A stretch of DNA of 62,688 nt, counting the filler, from an uncultured Methanosarcinales archaeon (lineage in GTDB: Archaea; Nanobdellota; Nanobdellia; Woesearchaeales; JABMPP01), in assembly GCA_964604995.1 (NCBI GenBank). It is 15 parts of 15 records of this genome, joined end to end, with 100 filler letters (N's around TTAATTAATTAA, not from the genome) between each part and the next. Parts side by side here need not be neighbours in the genome. Positions count along the whole stretch, not along the records: positions 61,175 to 62,688 come from CAZSAD010000070.1; 14 more parts are not named here. One strand, 5' to 3'. Under the pieces are notes generated by a model. That model was not told the origin of the DNA, did no database searches, and saw nothing but the letters and a program-made list of their open reading frames with translations. Both the position numbers and the translations under genes were made by a program. Shown piece after piece: positions 62,497 to 62,688 of this stretch. Each line of letters opens with the position of its first letter. The stretch's first letter is position 1.

Positions 62497-62688
62497 ATGA
62501 AACCAAAACCAACTACACAAATGTCATATAACTATTTTATCAGTGATAGCAGTACGTGCAATGTCCTCGATTCAACCAGCAACCCAATATCGTCGATGTA
62601 CGTTTATTTGAATGGCGCAAATAATTGGACGACAAATAGCAATGGTCAGAAATTTATCTATTTCAATGATGTGAATTGTGATATCAAA
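62497..62688 (+). CDS. Surface-protein-like ORF without signal peptide (runs off window)
   Basis: MKPKPTTQMSYNYF...VLDSTSNPISSMYVYLNG...TNSNG, open to the window end. Confidence 0.45.
   Translation, partial: MKPKPTTQMSYNYFISDSSTCNVLDSTSNPISSMYVYLNGANNWTTNSNGQKFIYFNDVNCDIK

Overview
AT-rich archaeal sequence, most consistent with a DPANN Woesearchaeota/Nanobdellota-type metagenome-assembled genome (archaeal EF-1alpha, ProRS, GlyRS, GluRS, FtsZ, uS2, uS10, A-type ATPase D, class III pilin, translin). The window is not contiguous: 15 contigs, the 13 complete ones in decreasing size, are joined by 14 artificial 100-bp linkers (N44-TTAATTAATTAA-N44), so neighbourhoods across linkers are meaningless. 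It holds housekeeping genes, tRNA-Ser(TGA), type I and type II R-M fragments, surface proteins and many ORFans. Small or broken genes missed by the ORF track: a 57-aa histone-fold protein, a 52-aa ribbon-helix-helix protein and a frameshifted radical SAM gene. The most striking unexplained structure is a set of short, non-coding hairpin-rich inserts at three loci, each flanked by a 21-65 bp direct duplication of a host gene segment (tRNA-Ser 5' end, RHH gene 3' end, NMNAT 5' region). Two share the motif CCGTGCGAGCTGAGGTCAGCTC exactly at the junction, suggesting a gene-preserving mobile mini-element. Other candidates: a triplet of paralogous membrane proteins beside a coiled-coil gene, a giant coiled coil of strict 29/78-aa modules, structured RNAs at rps2, rps10 and ftsZ, a transketolase-rfaD heptose cluster, a WxL/DUF916-like surface cluster and a lipase/immunity-like cassette. 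All family assignments come from motif recognition, not database searches.
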